Below, in pieces: positions 1 to 14,700 of a stretch of 64,000 nt of DNA (positions within the stretch are counted from its first letter, which is position 1; each line of letters opens with the position of its first letter). The stretch is taken from the NCBI RefSeq assembly GCF_009834535.1, contig NC_045696.1, forward strand, positions 50,222,001 to 50,286,000, read 5' to 3'. This DNA is from Camelus ferus (lineage: Eukaryota). The notes beneath the pieces are model-generated. The model made no database searches. It was given only the letters and a program-made list of their open reading frames with translations, and was not told the origin of the DNA. Made by a program: the position numbers and the translations under genes.

Positions 1-1686
1 AGCTAACTCTATACTTCCAAATCAGTGCTTTATTCATACAATTCCCCACTCCAACTTGGACAACTGTGTGCCATTCAGAGACAGATGGAATCCAGAAAGA
101 TTATTTGTACAAGAAGGTTGTTCTGACAATTATGAGACATCCAGGTGGAAATGAAACTAAACAAGTAGATCTGAAGTTCAGGAGATCTGGGTTGGGGGTT
201 TAGACATGGAAGTCTTGAGCAAAGACAGGGTATATGAGGTTGCTGTGAGCAATTCTGGTTACAAGTAATTTACTTGGATTTCTTCAAAGAATGAGATTTT
301 ACAATGGAAATAAGGACAAGGCTCTCGCTCGATTTCAGGAACAGATATACAGCTAGGTTTCATGGTAACTCAAAAATAAGTTAGGAAACAAACTGAAAGA
401 TACTTTTAAGTCAAGGCTACTCTGGTGATTAGGCTAGGCTGTGCTGTCACCTCCTCATCGGCAAACACCACTTGCCATTATGGTGCTTCAACTCTACTGA
501 CGCGACCTACTTCTGCGTGCAACAAAACGTGTCTATCTCACCATAAATTCTATGTGTTTGGGTGATTCAGCACTTCACAGCTTCCAAAATGCCTGCCACC
601 GGTTTTTCATACTCTTCCTTTTTCCCAACTGCTAACTCTCTCTAAATGCATACATACATAGTCATATTTAAATCCTCATAGAGAATCTAATGTAATTTAG
701 ATCATCATTTTTCCTGTTGTACATAATTCCATACTGGACCACAGTATGCAATTACAGAAACCGTAAAAGTAGACAAAAATCTACCTGGGAGTGTAAGGAG
801 TGAGCAGAAAAAAAAAAAGTGAAACCTTATGAAACAGTAACATTTAGCAGCTGGGCAAAAGTAAAAGAACCCCAGAAGAAGATTTAGAAGAAACAGTCAA
901 GGAAGGAGGAGGAAAACCCCATGTCATAAAAAACAAGGTAGGGAAAAAAAAGAGGAGGAAATGGTTAACAGAATCAAATAAATAATGCAGAGAAGATAAG
1001 TACAATAAAGACAGACTGCATTTAACAGAGAGGTTGCCCTGGTGACAGCAACTTCTTCAACTAATTTTAATCTAAGGTTTCACCTGCATAAAGACTATAA
1101 TGCTTATAAAATATGCACCTTTGAATAGCCATATACATTTAGACTTATATTACCCTGTTGTTAGTACAGTAAGTTTCAGTCTCTTGAAACAATGATTCGC
1201 TGAAAGAGTGATTCTCAGCCGGTATTCCTAGAAAAGCACTTCAGATTCTCACAGAGCAGTGAGGGGTTCTGTGTAGTTCAAAAGACCCCATTAAGAATCA
1301 TTATCATAAGGTTTTAGTAGTAAGATATTATCAAAAAGGAAAAAGAAAATACAAAATGCCAGAACAAATTTCATTCTGTTCTTAGTTTAAGAATTAGCTC
1401 AAGAATCTGTATCTTACAGTTGTACCCAGAATTAAAGATTTATGATTAACACTGATCTCAGCAGAAATAATGCTATCAAGGCTACGGTCTAGGTAAAGCA
1501 GAAGAGTTCTGCACTGTTTAAGATCAAGATAAGTTCTGTACTGATTAAATTTAAACCAAACAAGGCCTCTCTGTGCTGTTAAATGTTAAAATTTAGAACT
1601 CAGTGGAATAGAACTCTTAACTCGAATTACATATATTCCAAAATCAATATTCCACTGTGATTAAAGCAAATTTGGAACACAAATAC

Positions 1687-1771
1687 CTTCCATATCTGCA
1701 GCTTCTCCTTCATCTTCGTCTTCCTCCTCCTCCTCACATAGTACTGAGAAATCTTGGAGTTTTATACTGTC
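1687..1771 (-). CDS. ATG3: ATG3 coding exon 7 ([28 protein letters not shown]), acidic flexible region; the gene continues beyond the left edge
   Basis: 85 nt between AG and GTATTT on the minus strand; in frame with exon 6; matches ATG3 protein. Confidence 0.95.
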
Positions 1772-4036
1772 CTTTGAAATTAATTATATTTACAGTCACT
1801 TAAGTATGTTCATTAGTTCAAATACTGAGCATCCACATACGAGCACAGTGCTAACCACTATGAAAGTAAGAGCTATAAGACAGTTGTTATCCTCAGGAAA
1901 CTCCTACTTCAGATAACAAACCCATGAACCAATCATTAAAAGCGATGTCCTACGTGCTGTGATCGAAAAATACAAAAAGCACCAAGAGTTATCTAAGCAA
2001 ACCATTTAAAAATAGCTGCCAGTTGCACTTCCAATAAAACAATATTTTTAGTTAACCAATTCATCAGTGCTAGAAAAATCAGTTCAAAGTTAACTTGCAC
2101 ACTTAAAGGAGAAAATACATATATTTATAAATCACAATATATTTATAAGTTATATTTATTATTATATATCAAACAATTATATTCTGTTAACAATACCTTG
2201 GCTGAATTAAACAATAACAGTTATTACAACACATGAGATTTCAGTTCGTTTATTAACTATGTTAGCACTAGAATGTAAGAATGTTAACCAAAGATAAGCC
2301 TAATATAAATTATCATTTTCACAAAATTAATATTCTAAAAATCTGAAGTCAATATAGTAAGTAAAAAAGTTGGAAATCTAGTTTTACCTAATTTACAAGT
2401 TTACTTAGGGATGATTTTATTTACTACTAGAAATGTAAATAACATGTACCATTATTACACCAAAAATGTGAAACCATAGAAAAAAGACCATCAGTATCTG
2501 GGTAAATTTTAGATGCACCAATAGGTGACAAATTAATCAAGGGAAGTTTTAATGATGTTGGAGAGGTTCATAATTGATATACTAGAATACAGTAGAAATC
2601 ATCAACCAAGATTAATACTTGCGTCTGGATAATAAGTATTCTAAGTATAAATTATAAAAAATCACATAAACTCTACATTAAATAGGAAATGACAAGATAT
2701 TTTCTAGTTGTAAATTATTCTAAGTATACATCCTTTAGGAGGACATAAGAATGTTAAGTGGGGTACCAAGTACCATATTAATCATTATTGCATTTATTAG
2801 AAATTCTTGAAAGAACTACCATAAACCTATCAAAACAATGCTATATCCACACTTCTCTCCATTTATCATTCTCAAAGTCTGAAGCATACACACTAATGGC
2901 TGGAGTAAACAAGAGCTTCTGAAGCAGCAAAGCCATTTCAGTAATTTTTCCTTAGTCATTCAAACACTCCAAAAAGTAGAACTTCAAAAGGATGAATTCT
3001 CAGAATAATGAACTAAATCTTAATCCCTATCAAGTCTAAAATTGAACACTAAAAAACAAAATTAAAAAAAAAACTTGTTTTAGTTTCTAACACCTCTGTT
3101 GAGCCCTAGTAACAAACCCAAAAGATCCAAATGACAAAAACACAAAAAGAGGAATTTCAAACTAGAAACTGTTGCAGTTGAATGAGTCATAAGGACAAAA
3201 GGAATACAATCATCCTGTCCAAATATTCTATCTTCTAAAAGACTTGAGTGTTAACAAAACAATTAAGAGAAGATAAATGTGAAGGTATTTTGTATTATTT
3301 TTCATATCATTTCAAACTATATAAAAATATGAAGACAACTGTACTCATTATCTCTTTAGAAATGAAAAGCTAATATAATGCAGTCTGAAGTAACTGAAAA
3401 CTTTCAAGCAGAAAAACTCCAATTATAAATTTTTATCCAATTCCCAAAATAAATTGTACAATAAAACCTAACTGATTTAGCTTCCACATTCAAGACGTCA
3501 TTTTAGATGATATAAACTAAAGTTTATCTTTAAATTTGCAAAAGCAAAACAAGAAAATCCTCAAATTAGCAGTAAATTAAAAAACTACAGAAGAGATGAG
3601 TAAATTGCTTAAGACAATGTTTAAACTACAAATTTAAACAATATATTGTCAGCATCTACTAATCAGCAAATAAAATCTCTTTGAAAACCTCCACTTCCAG
3701 AACATTTGGTACTTATGCTTAAAAATAAACACCCATTTCTTTTAAACTGGCCTAGAAGTCTTCCCAATTAGTAAAAACTGGGAAGTTTTAACCAGTTACA
3801 TCACAAAAAATGTTTTTAACCCTTTGACAGATTAAGGAAAAGAAGAGAAGCACTGGGAAACGGCAGTGTTTTGGATGTTGATATAGAAAAATGAGAGGGA
3901 AAAAAAATTTTAAAGAGTCTGATAATAAATAATCAGTTTACATAAGAATTATATAAGTAACCTTAAAACACAGATATAGACACACATGCAAATAACTAGG
4001 TCACTGAATTTAGATACATAACTAATTAACCAGTAC

Positions 4037-4086
4037 CTTGCTTTCCAGTGTAATCTCTTTAACTGCTTCAGTTATTCCTGCAATAC
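4037..4086 (-). CDS. ATG3: ATG3 coding exon 6 (GIAGITEAVKEITLESK)
   Basis: 50 nt, AG...GTACTG boundaries, frame continuous with neighbouring exons. Confidence 0.95.
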
Positions 4087-4594
4087 CTATTTAAAATTTA
4101 GAAAATAATAACTAAAATTAAGTTGTAAACATCCTCCATTTATGATTTGAGCAATATAAAAACACTTAATATTATCTAAATTCTCTCAAGATCTCTAAAA
4201 TGTGGAGTCAACTTTAGCAGTATTTTTATAAATGAACTCTAATAGGAGTAAATAATCTCAAAGGCACTTTTCAAGCTAAAAATAAAAATTTTAAAACACC
4301 AATTTAATATTTTACCATGAATTATCTTACCATATCATTCCTCATTTACTACTCCTCATTTACTTTCTCATTTACTTTATTTACTTTCCTTTTGTGAGTC
4401 TATAAAAACATATATGCTCAGAAAGTGAAGAGATTAAGAGACTACAGGAGTCATATTTACATTTAAATATGCACTGACATTTTCTCAACAAGACATTGGT
4501 TATATTAAATAGCTATTCTTCAGAAATCTAAGACATCCAGAGAGTAGTATCATATCACATTTATATGGGACTTTCTATTTTACTGTTTCCACAT

Positions 4595-4775
4595 TTTATG
4601 TAATTCTTACAAACACTATTCTGTGAGGCAGTTAGGGTAATAATTTTTCCCTATAAAGATAAGTCTCCAGAGAGAGAAAGTGACTTGCCTGAGTCTCAAG
4701 GAGAGTTACATGAAGAAACTGGGATTCAGATCTACACGGGCCGACTTTTGGTTCCATGCTGTCTACTGCACCTCA
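4595..4775 (-). mobile_element. MIR SINE fragment (approximate ends)
   Basis: Degenerate MIR core in reverse orientation (...gagagagaaagtgacttgcctgag...). Confidence 0.55.
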
Positions 4776-5335
4776 CTAAGCAACTACCTTGGAACCTACT
4801 TGTCCCAAGGAAGATGGCATTGAGCAGATGACAGCATCATAAGTCAGCTAAATAATATATCTAATTCAAAATACCTGTCAGTGTTCTCAACTAGATAGTT
4901 CAACAGGGATGGGAAATATCAAAGAAAAAAAACCCTAAATATAAAATACGCTTTGCTCCTTGTCAATCTTCTAAAGCTTTGATATCTCTGTTCAATATAT
5001 CCAAATCAAAAAATGACTCACTTTCACAAATGGAAAATGTCAAAATCCACAGCTCTAGCATCAAGCTTTTACTTCAGAGTAGTTTTTCTAGAAATTATTT
5101 TATAATAGGTATGCTTATAACAGTAAAGTCCAAGTATTAACATAATGAATTGGTATTATAAAACAATTCACTGAATCCAGTATATAGAAACAAAGAAAAT
5201 AAACCTCTTCAATCTGTTCTAAATATAATAACGTAGTAGTATCCCATTAAACCAGACTCTCCTAAAAGTAGGCCATGACTGGCAAAGAAAAAGAAAGCTC
5301 AAATGACTCTAATGAAGGTTAATACTCTCAAGAGC

Positions 5336-5736
5336 TCTGACAGTTAATTTCATATGTCAACTTGGGTAGGTTATTGTATCCAGATGTTTGGTCAAACTAG
5401 ATGTTGCTATGAAGGTATTTTTTTAGATGTGCTTAACATTTAAATCAGTAGACTTTGAGTAAAGCAGATTACCCTCCATAACGTGGGTAAGCTTCATTTA
5501 ATCCGTTGTAGGCCTTAAGAGAAAAAGACTGAGGTGCTCTAGAATTAATTCTGCTTCTAGACTGTCCTCAGACTCCAGCTGCAGTAATCAACTCTCCCCT
5601 GAGTCTTCAGGCTGCTAGCCAGCCTGCCCTAGACATTTCAGAACTGTAAGCTCCCACAATCATGTAAGCCAATTCCTCAAAACAAATCCATCTGCATCTA
5701 TATTCTTAGTTTCCCTGGAGAACCATGACTAATTCA
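5336..5736 (+). mobile_element. MLT2-type (ERVL) solo LTR
   Basis: Starts ...gttaatttcatatgtcaacttg, contains aatcagtagactttgagtaaagcagattaccctccataa, ends ...ggagaaccatgactaattca; flanks AGAGC/AGGGC resemble a 5-bp TSD. Confidence 0.85.
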
Positions 5737-6540
5737 AGGGCTAGCAGAAATAAAAGCAGCCTCAGAGAAGAAAAGTAGGAATAAAGCAAAGGGAACTGAG
5801 GTGAATACCTCACCTGGCCTTGTGAGTCAGTTGAAAGCACTGCTTTAATCCAATCAGAATACAGTTTAAACCTAAAATTCTAAGGGTATTTATAAACATA
5901 ACCATTACTTAGAATTTATTTTGTATACCAACTAACTGAAGTATTGAAAATGATGTTATTTGTCTCCTGTCAATAGGGCAAACATTTTTTTAGTTGTAGA
6001 ATTTCTATAATAGATTTTTGTCAATCCAATCTTACTGGTACCTACTCATCTCTCTGATGAATGTCTTTGTAAACATCCAGCTGGATTTGGGGCTAGGAAT
6101 TATGGAATACAATGCAACTAGACAACAGAGTAACTCATTAACTTGACATCAGAAAAATAGTGCTATAACCAATGGCTCTAGTCGGTAACAATTTCCTACA
6201 GATGTGCTACCCACATCTAGTTGTGTGAAAACTAAAGCAGAGCAGCTGAAAGATTATGGAAAAACCAGGGGAAAAAGTCTAACAGCACTGCTCATTGGGG
6301 AAAAGAGGACGATTTTTGAAATTATTTTGAGTTGTTCATCTGCTATTTCCTCTAGGCCATGACATAACAATATTCAGCTCAGGAAGGAACAAGAGTTTCA
6401 GATCAAGGAACTCAAGTCCTGAATCTGTTTCTATATCATCATAAGGAAACAGATGGCAGTGTCCTTTATTCAGAGTAGAGGACAAACTACCTTAATGAGG
6501 TGCTTTTTCCTGTGCAGATTACTTAGCGCTCAGTCTATTG

Positions 6541-6754
6541 CCATGAGTCTCAACTGAGGGCACCAGTTTTGCCCCTTGTAGAATATCTGACAATGTCTAG
6601 AGGCATTTCTGGTTGTCACAACTGGGAGAATGCTACTGGTATCTAGTGCGCAGAGCCCAGAGATGCTGCTAAACATTCTGCAATGCATGGGAAATGCTAT
6701 GACAAAGAACTATCCAGGCCAAAATGTTAACAGTGTTAAGGCTGAGAATCCCTG
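6541..6754. mobile_element. MER20 hAT-Charlie DNA transposon
   Basis: Characteristic gacaatgtctagaggcatttctggttgtcacaactggg...tgctactggtatctagtg...gatgctgctaaacattctgcaatgca. Confidence 0.85.
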
Positions 6755-7550
6755 CTCTCCTACTACCTTTGATATACCTCCTACTGTCTAGGACTTAAGA
6801 GGGAGAAAACTTGTTTTTATTAACCTAGATTTAAACTTAGTTTTAATAAAGAAAATACGTTCTAAGTCACAAATGGTAGTTAGCTATAGCAGTATATATA
6901 ATATTATTCATTTACATAGTTACATAAACAAAAGTATGTTTTTATAACTTGGAATGAAAAATCATATTCAGAGTTCCAAACAACTTACACAAACATGATT
7001 TAATGAAAAGCTTAAATTTAATCAATTCCTTTAACAATATTTTACTGAACAACTTTTATATCAGATATTATGACAGATACTGAAGATGCAACAATGAATC
7101 TCTACCCTCAAAAGCCTACAGTCCTTACAATACTTTTTAGTAATCATTCAACAAATAACTATTAAATATTTTTAAATGCCAGGTCTCTGAGTAAAATAAA
7201 TATGAGTATAGTGTGGTCCCTGTCCTAAAAGCTTGTCATCCAGCAATGGAATGACATGTAAATAAGGGATTCTAAAGCAAAGTAGTATGCATACTCAGTA
7301 TTTCTAACTGGCTTGCCTTCTTTCTTTAGAAATAATATGGATATTTTCAAATCGCTACTAAAGTAGCAGTGCTACAGAAATCTAGTATACCCAAGGAGCA
7401 TTTTTTTCTTTTTTTCCAATTTGTCCTCCCACTTTTTTTCAGGTAAGTCTACTGGGACAAAACTATGGCTTATGTACCCCCCTCTTTTTTTTCTTTAATC
7501 AAGGCTATTATATAAGTAATTTAAATATATTCTGTTCTATCTCCTCTTAC

Positions 7551-7658
7551 CTGTGTTATGATAAGTATCTACCCATCCCCCATCACCATCATCTTCTTCA
7601 ATGATAGCTTCCAACTCATCCGAATATTCCATCTGTTTGCAACGTTTGTAGCATGGCA
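7551..7658 (-). CDS. ATG3: ATG3 coding exon 5 ([36 protein letters not shown])
   Basis: 108 nt, T20-ACAG acceptor and GTAAGA donor; contains the conserved DGGWVDT motif. Confidence 0.97.
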
Positions 7659-8941
7659 CTGTAAAAAAAAAAAAAAAAAAAAGCAAGTACAGTTACAGTT
7701 ACTAGCACATAATCTGCTTCCTATAAAAGAGAAAGTTTACTCCATAAAATAAATTTCTACCAAAATACTAGATAAATACTATATTTTACTTCTAATAAAA
7801 GTGCTTAATTTAAAAGTTACATTCAGCCTACAGACACATAATTATGTGACCATACTTATCTTTCCCTAAATAGCTTTGTTGGAAAATAATTAGAAAGGGT
7901 CTACTGGGAGTATTCTAAGTATTCAAGTATCCCTTACCCTGGCGGTCTGTGAAGAACAACAGCAAGGCTGAAGCCAGAGATGACATTGTTCAACCTCAGG
8001 CTAATGACTAATAATACATTATTTTAATGGCTTTACTCTCAGAACATGGAGGCACCACCTGTCATACTCGGAGGTGGCAGAGGTGACCTCTGGGTTTGAA
8101 ATGCTAAAGTAACTTTCAATATGAATTTTATAATTCATACTTAAGCTCCAGCTACTCATAATGGATAAACTAGTATAAAATTCACTAACATGTTAAACTT
8201 TCCTATCTTACACAATATTGGCACCAAGTTTTCCATATAGCAAACACATCAATTAACAGGTATTATTCATATAAGTCTAAAATTGAACAATTATAATATA
8301 AAAACATTATGATGTGGAACCAAAAAAAATGCTACTGATTTTTTTAAAACAAGCGATATATAAATGATCAATCCTCTTAAAACATATAGTGTGATTAGAT
8401 AGGGACTATAACAACCTTTTGAGGATGTTTTCAAATTAACTTCATAAATAACTTCATTAACTTAATAAATACCTATCCATTTCAGAAACATTTGTGTGCC
8501 TATAGGCAATCTTTCAGTGACACAATGGATAACAAAACCTCCAGCTTTAAGATTTTGTATTTCAAAGGTAGTATCAATAATACTTTCCATGAAAAGTAAG
8601 TCTAAAGAAGATTAAAATTAAAAAGCTAAAAAGATTATAATTACGAAGTCAACTTAAAAAATCCAATTAGAAGAAGTCTAACTTTGCTTAAGGCCCTTTT
8701 CCTTCATGTCTTAAAACTAAACTTTTTTTGCAAAAAGAAATAAAAGGAGATTAAAAGTCAAGTATGGAAAAAAATATTCTCACAATAGAGAACCCAGAGT
8801 TTCATTAAATTTCCAAATTTCTATTTGAGAGAAGATGTAAATACAGCTTTAAGCACAAATTAAGATCAGTAAGTGCTAAAGGTTTTTAAAAAATATAACT
8901 CTTCATGCAAAATTTACAAATATATGCAACATAATTCTTAC

Positions 8942-9012
8942 CATTTTTGGTGACCAAAAATTGTTTGCCTGCTGGTAGGTATGCCTTCACTTTCAATTCT
9001 TCCCCTGTAGCC
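8942..9012 (-). CDS. ATG3: ATG3 coding exon 4 (ATGEELKVKAYLPAGKQFLVTKN)
   Basis: 71 nt, AG/GTAAGA boundaries, frame continuous. Confidence 0.96.
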
Positions 9013-9514
9013 CTTTAAAAGAGTGAAAAGCACCAAAATGCACAAATATTTTTAAAGGCAAAGACAGAAGATATCACAAGTTAATCTCAAAATGTACAAT
9101 CCACACCCCTGAGAAAACAATTTTAGGATTGGTTTGGGAAGGATGCCGTAAGTGAAATATGTCAGGGCAATGAAGAACACAGCAAAATTTTAAATGAAAT
9201 GTACTAAGAGATACAGACAGACCAAGAGAATCTGGATTAAATATTAGACAAAAAAGTAGAATATAGAACTATTAAGCAATTATTATGTTTGCCTCTAAAC
9301 AAAAAGAATTTCATTCAGATTTTTAATATAAAAGTTCTGTTCTTCTGAAGACCAGGAAGCAGAAAAATAGCTACATGACATTACATAACAAAGCAGGTGG
9401 TTGACAAGAACCATGTTCCTACCACTGTATTAAAATTGGAAGTAAGAGATAAAATATGCTTTGGATCCCAAGATGGTAATGTTGAGAATAATGATGGAAA
9501 ACAAAGAAAGAATC

Positions 9515-9740
9515 TTTTATTGTGTGCTAATAAATACAGGACCTAGAACTATAACATGCATTATTTTCAAATAATCCTCAGAAACCTAAAAAATGAGCAA
9601 TACTAATATCCCCATTTTATAAGTAAACAAAAGTTTAAAGAAGGTAGGTTGCCCACAGTCATAAAACCAGAAGGTAGAAGAGCCTGGATGAAGCCAAGAG
9701 ACTGACTCCAGGACTCCTGTTCTTAAACACTACTCCCTCT
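9515..9740 (-). mobile_element. MIR SINE (approximate ends)
   Basis: atccccattttataagtaaac...ttgcccacagtcata...actgactccagg...tcttaaacactac. Confidence 0.6.
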
Positions 9741-11740
9741 GTGGGTCAGAGCCAGCTATAACATTTCTGACTTTTTGGAGCTACTCTGGGATATCTCACT
9801 ATTTGTTCAAAGATTCTTCTTTGGTTACCTACTGGAAGTGGTTAGAGCTGGGGTGACATGTGGCATCCATCACAAATATAAATGAGCATAACTCTGGAGG
9901 TCTGCTGCCTCCTTAAGCTTCAGTCTAAAATTCAAACCATAGATTTGAGCATAAGATAAAGCCAGGAAATGCCCTAATATCATTTGGTAGCTTTCTAGGC
10001 TTCTTTTAGACCACTCCCAAGTGTGAAATTCAACAATGTCATAGTAATGCCTGAAGTTCTGAGGAAAGAAGATACAATACGGTCATGACGGCACTGGCAG
10101 ATATGAATGCACAGCACAAGAAATTATCTGTTTCTAGCACTGATTTAAAATGAATTGTTCCTTTGGCCCCAGCAGTTCAGCCAGAAGTGTGGACACTGGA
10201 ATGTGGTGTAACTGAGTTCTAAGTTCAAATAAAATGATTTCAATCATCACAATTCATAAAGTAGAATTATGAACTACCGTCCACTAAAAGAAGATCCTGT
10301 CCATATTTACCAACCCATATGACAATACCATAAATCATATACTTAACTAATTACACAATTAAGGGCTACAACAAAGAAATCTGAATAAAGGAAATGTGTA
10401 TCTATCACATGTGTATTGAAGAAAATCCTAAATCAGTACCTTTTTCTTTTGCATAATGAGTATTATTTTAAATTTTATATATATAGTTGACTTGAAATAT
10501 ATATAAACTATAGACCAGAACTTAGCTAAATAGTTTTAACAATTTAGGGGGAGAAAAGAATAAATCAGAGAGCTTCTATGATAGGAACACAATTTAAAAT
10601 ATGGAACAGAAATACACACCGGCAAGACAAAGACATAAAAATAAATGAACCTGACATTTTGGCCTTTCTTGGTACATAAAAACAAATGTTCTACAAGATA
10701 AAGAGCAATTGATAAAAAGCAGTAAGAACAATTTTGGATATGTGTTGAACATAAAAATTAAGGGTACAAGAAAAGACAACAGATGAAAAAGAGTTCCAAC
10801 TCTAATTTTAAATAGTTTAATAATTTAAGCTCTTTAGATATTAAGGAAAACATTATCAATTAGACTCTTGTTAATTCTAGAACCCCTACTCCCAGTTCAA
10901 AACTATACCTTTCAATTACAATTGAAAAAGCATCACTGAGGGGGGAAAAAAAAGGATGCTACCAGTTGACTCACTCATATCCAAATAAGATGATAATTCC
11001 AAACACTTTTAGTCTAATTAAAATAGTATGCCAGTATTGGGATCAATGTTTCAGCTACTTACAGTTTTATCATAAGAACATAGAGTAATGAAACTGAATT
11101 TGTTTTAAAACATTGTTTTTACTCACACATTTAAAAGACACATTTTAAGTAGCTTAAAATACCTTATACTTAAAGGAAAAGTTACATAGAAAATAAAAGT
11201 GGAAAAGTCTATTATGAGTAGATTTCCAATTTAAACTTTATTCAGTATCACAAATCTCAACTTTTGAGCTAATTCCTAAAATGGGGACATACTTTTGAAC
11301 CTTAAAGAAGGCCTTATGGTTAAAATCTGTAAGATTATGCAAAATTCCACATTATTGTCACAGAAATATTCAATACTTTTTAATTTAAAAAATAAGCTGA
11401 TCAAATTGATTTAACTTTTGAAAATTATTTTTCAAAGATCTACCACAAGATCAGACCTAGAACTAGGGAAGAAAGTGAATACTGGCAAAGGAAATAAGGC
11501 ATTTATCTCCAAAATGTCCATCTTTTGTGCTAACAGAGCAAAACAGAACAGGTATAATGCCCAATTTTTCTTCATTTATTTTACTTGGAGTATCACTAGG
11601 GCACCGTTTAACAGAAACTCTACTAGAAGAGGGTTAAACTAGTCATTCTAATTTTCATGCACTAATCTATTTTGCAAACTACCATAATTATGAAGTCATA
11701 CCTTTTATGAGTTTTCTGTTCCTCACTCAAGATTACTTAC

Positions 11741-11790
11741 CATTGCCATGTTGGACAGTGGTGGACTAAGTGATCTCCAGCTGCCACAAA
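11741..11790 (-). CDS. ATG3: ATG3 coding exon 3 (FVAAGDHLVHHCPTWQW)
   Basis: 50 nt, AG/GTAAGT boundaries. Confidence 0.97.
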
Positions 11791-14700
11791 CTATTCAAGA
11801 TTTAAAAGGAATATGACAAAAGGAAAAAAGAAAATTGAACATCACTGAATGTGAGGTGGCAAAATATCAAAGGTCTATGTAACTCTGATACCCAATAATC
11901 AATTAAAATGTAAACAATACCAACTTGCTCTATCAGCCTAGAGATTTATTTACGAATATTAAAACTACAAAATTTTTAACATCTGTAAAATTCAAATTAA
12001 TTTTAGAAAGAAAAATATTGAGTGCTATTAATTTTTTTATTCAATTTTAATCACTGGATTAAATAATGCCAGAAGCATAAAGTATCACAAAATGAGTAAA
12101 GGTAATATAACAGGATTTAAAATGCTAAAAACCATTTTATAGATGATTAAAATGTAGAAAGATTCTTACTACTTTAGTTGAAAACTCAATGAAGATCTCT
12201 GAAAACAATTACTAAACAAGTACAGGTCTATGATGTAAGAATAGCTTCTTACATCACAGTGCGTAGTTTTTCTTCCTCTTTTTAAAAAAAAATTTAAGTA
12301 ACACCTAATGTTGAAAGCTTTTTCATATTATTAAAGGAATCACTAACAAAAGTGATAACTGTAGTGCCAAACAATGGGGGGAAAGTTAGAAGCTTCTGGA
12401 TTAAGTCGGAAAACACCAAGACAATTAAGAAACTGAATCCTCAAATCTTGGACTTTCTGGGCAGGTTGAACATTACACAAGTTTTTGTTTTTCTTCAGAA
12501 ATGAAAAATAGATTCAGGAAGAAATAGTTTAACCTTTTGAGAATTTCCATTATACATGAACATGCACTGATCTTATTACAAGACAGAGATCCTACTTATT
12601 CCTGAGAACAGAAAATGAAAGTCTGTTACTCAAGCAATATGTGAACATACTTTCCCAATTTCTATTTCACAACAGCTCTAACTTAAAATCATGTATTGTT
12701 CACTGGTTATTACACAATGCAAAAAAATATTTTAAACATTATTTTAGTCTTTCTGAGAATGTTTACATATCGTTTGTTTGTATATCAACATGTTTATATA
12801 TCTTATTCTATTTTTAATTTGAGAGAGTAAAACTATAAAATAAGAACTCTGAGAATAACTTTTTTTAAGAACATAGATTAACAAGATAACACTCAGCAGC
12901 ATACTTCCAACAGCAACTTTACAAAATGTTCTGTTTTTTAAAGAACTTCTTTACTATTTAATCTGGTTAGATAAAAACAAAAACCCAAATAAAAACAATA
13001 CTCTATAATGCTGAAACAATTTCTTTAATGATACTGCCTTGAAGTCACAAGACTCGTAACATTTTATTCCATAGCACCTCTGGTGGCATCTATAAAAAAA
13101 TAACAGAAACTTTAAGATAAGAAAAACTATGAAAGAACATAGAATTGAACTGATATTTAGTATATGTGTATACCTGCTCTCATTAGCAATGGCCCTTATG
13201 ATTATGTGCTTCCTATGCTCAAATGAAAGACTCAAATTTCTAAATTCTCCAAACTGCTTGCAATAGCTTCTCTCAGTGATTAAATATTGGATAATACTGA
13301 GTAACTCCAACAAGACAGAATCAATAGTAACATTTTGATGAGCAACTTCATACTAGATAATGCCTGTTCCTCTTTTTAAACACAATACTTCCATACCTCT
13401 CAATGAAAATAAAAAGACAGCTAGAGGCTGACAGCCAGAAGCCCAGAAACTAAAACAAATGAACATATCAACTTAGTGTTTTTCCAAAGCAAATTATGTC
13501 TTCTGATTTTCTTCCTCTAGACTCATTCTAACCTAACAAAATCCTGTAATTGCGCTCTATCTCAATCCAGCTTTACGTGACTGGCAACCAGCTGAGCTAG
13601 TTTTGCCTTGCATTTGTTTAAAAAGGAGAAAATTCATAAATCGCTTCACGATTCAATTAAGTTATTCATTATAGGATTAGTAGTTGTTTTAAAACAGTTA
13701 GCTTAATTCCAGCCAACGATCACAGACATGTATCTCTACCGCCAACTACCAATTAGTCATCTTCACATAGAGGAGATAAAGCTAAAGAGCACAAGAAAAA
13801 CAGCATACTTTCAGCTCTGCTCTTTATTTTAGGTACTTAGTTTCTAGAGTCATGTCTAAATTATAGCTGGCAAGAACATTAATGATATGCTTAAGATTAA
13901 AACTTAGTTTTATTTGACATTCAAGGTATTAAGCTCATGATGCCTGAGGCAAAATGGGTCCGTCAGAGAATGTCAGGTCAAATCCCTCATTTTACAGATC
14001 AGGAAACATGAGGCCTGTGCCTAGATAGCTTAACTGATTTGCCTGAGTCAGAACAGGAGAAATTAGAGAAACAGGTCTAGAAGTCAGGTCTTTCAGGTTT
14101 TGTCCATACCACTGAGTGTCTGCACTAAAAATAAGGACAATTATAGATAAAACACCAGTTCAGCACACCGTTCTTTGAACTTATAAAGATTTGGGACTAA
14201 AAACATTTCATTACAACTGAAAACTGTATTAATTGAATACAGTTAATTCTCTGGCTTGAGGGCTTGGAATTTACAGCAACAGCCAGATCATACAACATGG
14301 CTCATTCCAAAATGTTTCTTTCAAAATAATGAGTAAAGTTCTATTGCCAATGAGTGGTACTTCTACTAAAAATTAAGAGTGAGGCTTAAATGAATTATTT
14401 TCTGTTCATTAAGAATAATTTTGAGTCTGATGTAACCATAACTATACGTAAAACTGGAGTATAAAAGGATTTTCAGACCAGTATTTATTTCTCTAAAGAC
14501 AACAAAATAAACTACCTAAAGGAAAAAGACCACTTTTATTATATAGATTAGATGAACATGTAAAATGATTCCTCAAAACATAATTCTGTGTTAGAAGTTC
14601 AATAAAACAGAACTGGCCTAAAAAACAGCCATTAGTTTCTGCATTAAGCAGATCCATCATTATTTGATTAGTAGAAAAAGTAAAAGAATAGTGGGGGGAA

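Noticed and set aside
4340..4390. Four short (CTC)ATTTACT repeats
   Set aside because: Simple degenerate low-complexity repeat with no spacer structure
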